Positions 63,630-64,000 of a stretch of DNA of 64,000 nucleotides are shown piece after piece. Positions within the stretch are counted from its first letter, which is position 1; each line of letters starts with the position of its first letter. This DNA comes from Bispira polyomma (taxonomy: Eukaryota), in contig OZ287755.1 in assembly GCA_965649765.1 (NCBI GenBank), positions 28,892,001 to 28,956,000 on the forward strand, given 5' to 3'. A program made the translations under genes and the position numbers. The notes beneath the pieces are model-generated. The model did not search any database. It was not told the DNA's origin and was given only the letters and a program-made list of their open reading frames with translations.

Positions 63630-64000
63630 GTAAGTTAAAGTATTCACATTATATTTCTAATATTAGTTTCTCAAAAGTCTTTTTGGTCAAATTGCCATCT
63701 GTTAAACTTAACTACTATTTCATGCTCTCCTTGACCAGGTGTGTACTGGAGATGTATATATGTATTGTATAAATTTATTTTAGTTAAATCAATTGTATAT
63801 TAATAAATCAATTTGTAATTGTATTTATATATATGACAAACTCTTTTGGAAAGATAAGGAAGGATGTAGGGTGTACAGGAATTGAATTAAGTTAGGTAAG
63901 CGAGTTTGAAGAGATATATTTTAAGTTTTCTTCTAAACCTATAAATTGTTTCTGACTTAGGCATGTAGTGTTTTAAAGGCTCTATATCCAACCCTCTTGG

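Overview
AT-rich animal genomic DNA with spliceosomal introns and tRNA-derived SINEs (probably an invertebrate such as a lophotrochozoan; taxon not determinable from sequence alone), dominated by transposable elements. It holds a full-length but inactivated Ty3/Gypsy LTR retrotransposon (9433-17851) and five tyrosine-recombinase (YR) retrotransposons of the split-direct-repeat Ngaro/PAT type. One YR element is structurally complete (26977-33805, A1-gag-pol-YR-B1-A2-spacer-B2); four are deleted or decayed. There is also a PIF/Harbinger remnant with a related MITE family, plus other MITEs, SINEs, LINE 3' ends and minisatellites. A multi-exon host gene on the + strand (41026 to beyond 63629) encodes signal peptide-EGF-PAN/Apple-CCP-like-Thr/Glu mucin stalk. 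The most interesting signals are in the YR elements: (1) the YR ORF has no ATG and begins at a conserved splice acceptor that is in phase with a splice donor in gag, suggesting a spliced Gag-YR fusion; (2) a duplicated, covarying structured-RNA candidate lies between A2 and B2; (3) gag-pol recoding appears to use UGA readthrough in one family and -1 frameshifting in others; (4) a paralogous empty site in the window shows a 3-bp TGT crossover. All coordinates were read by eye and no searches were run.
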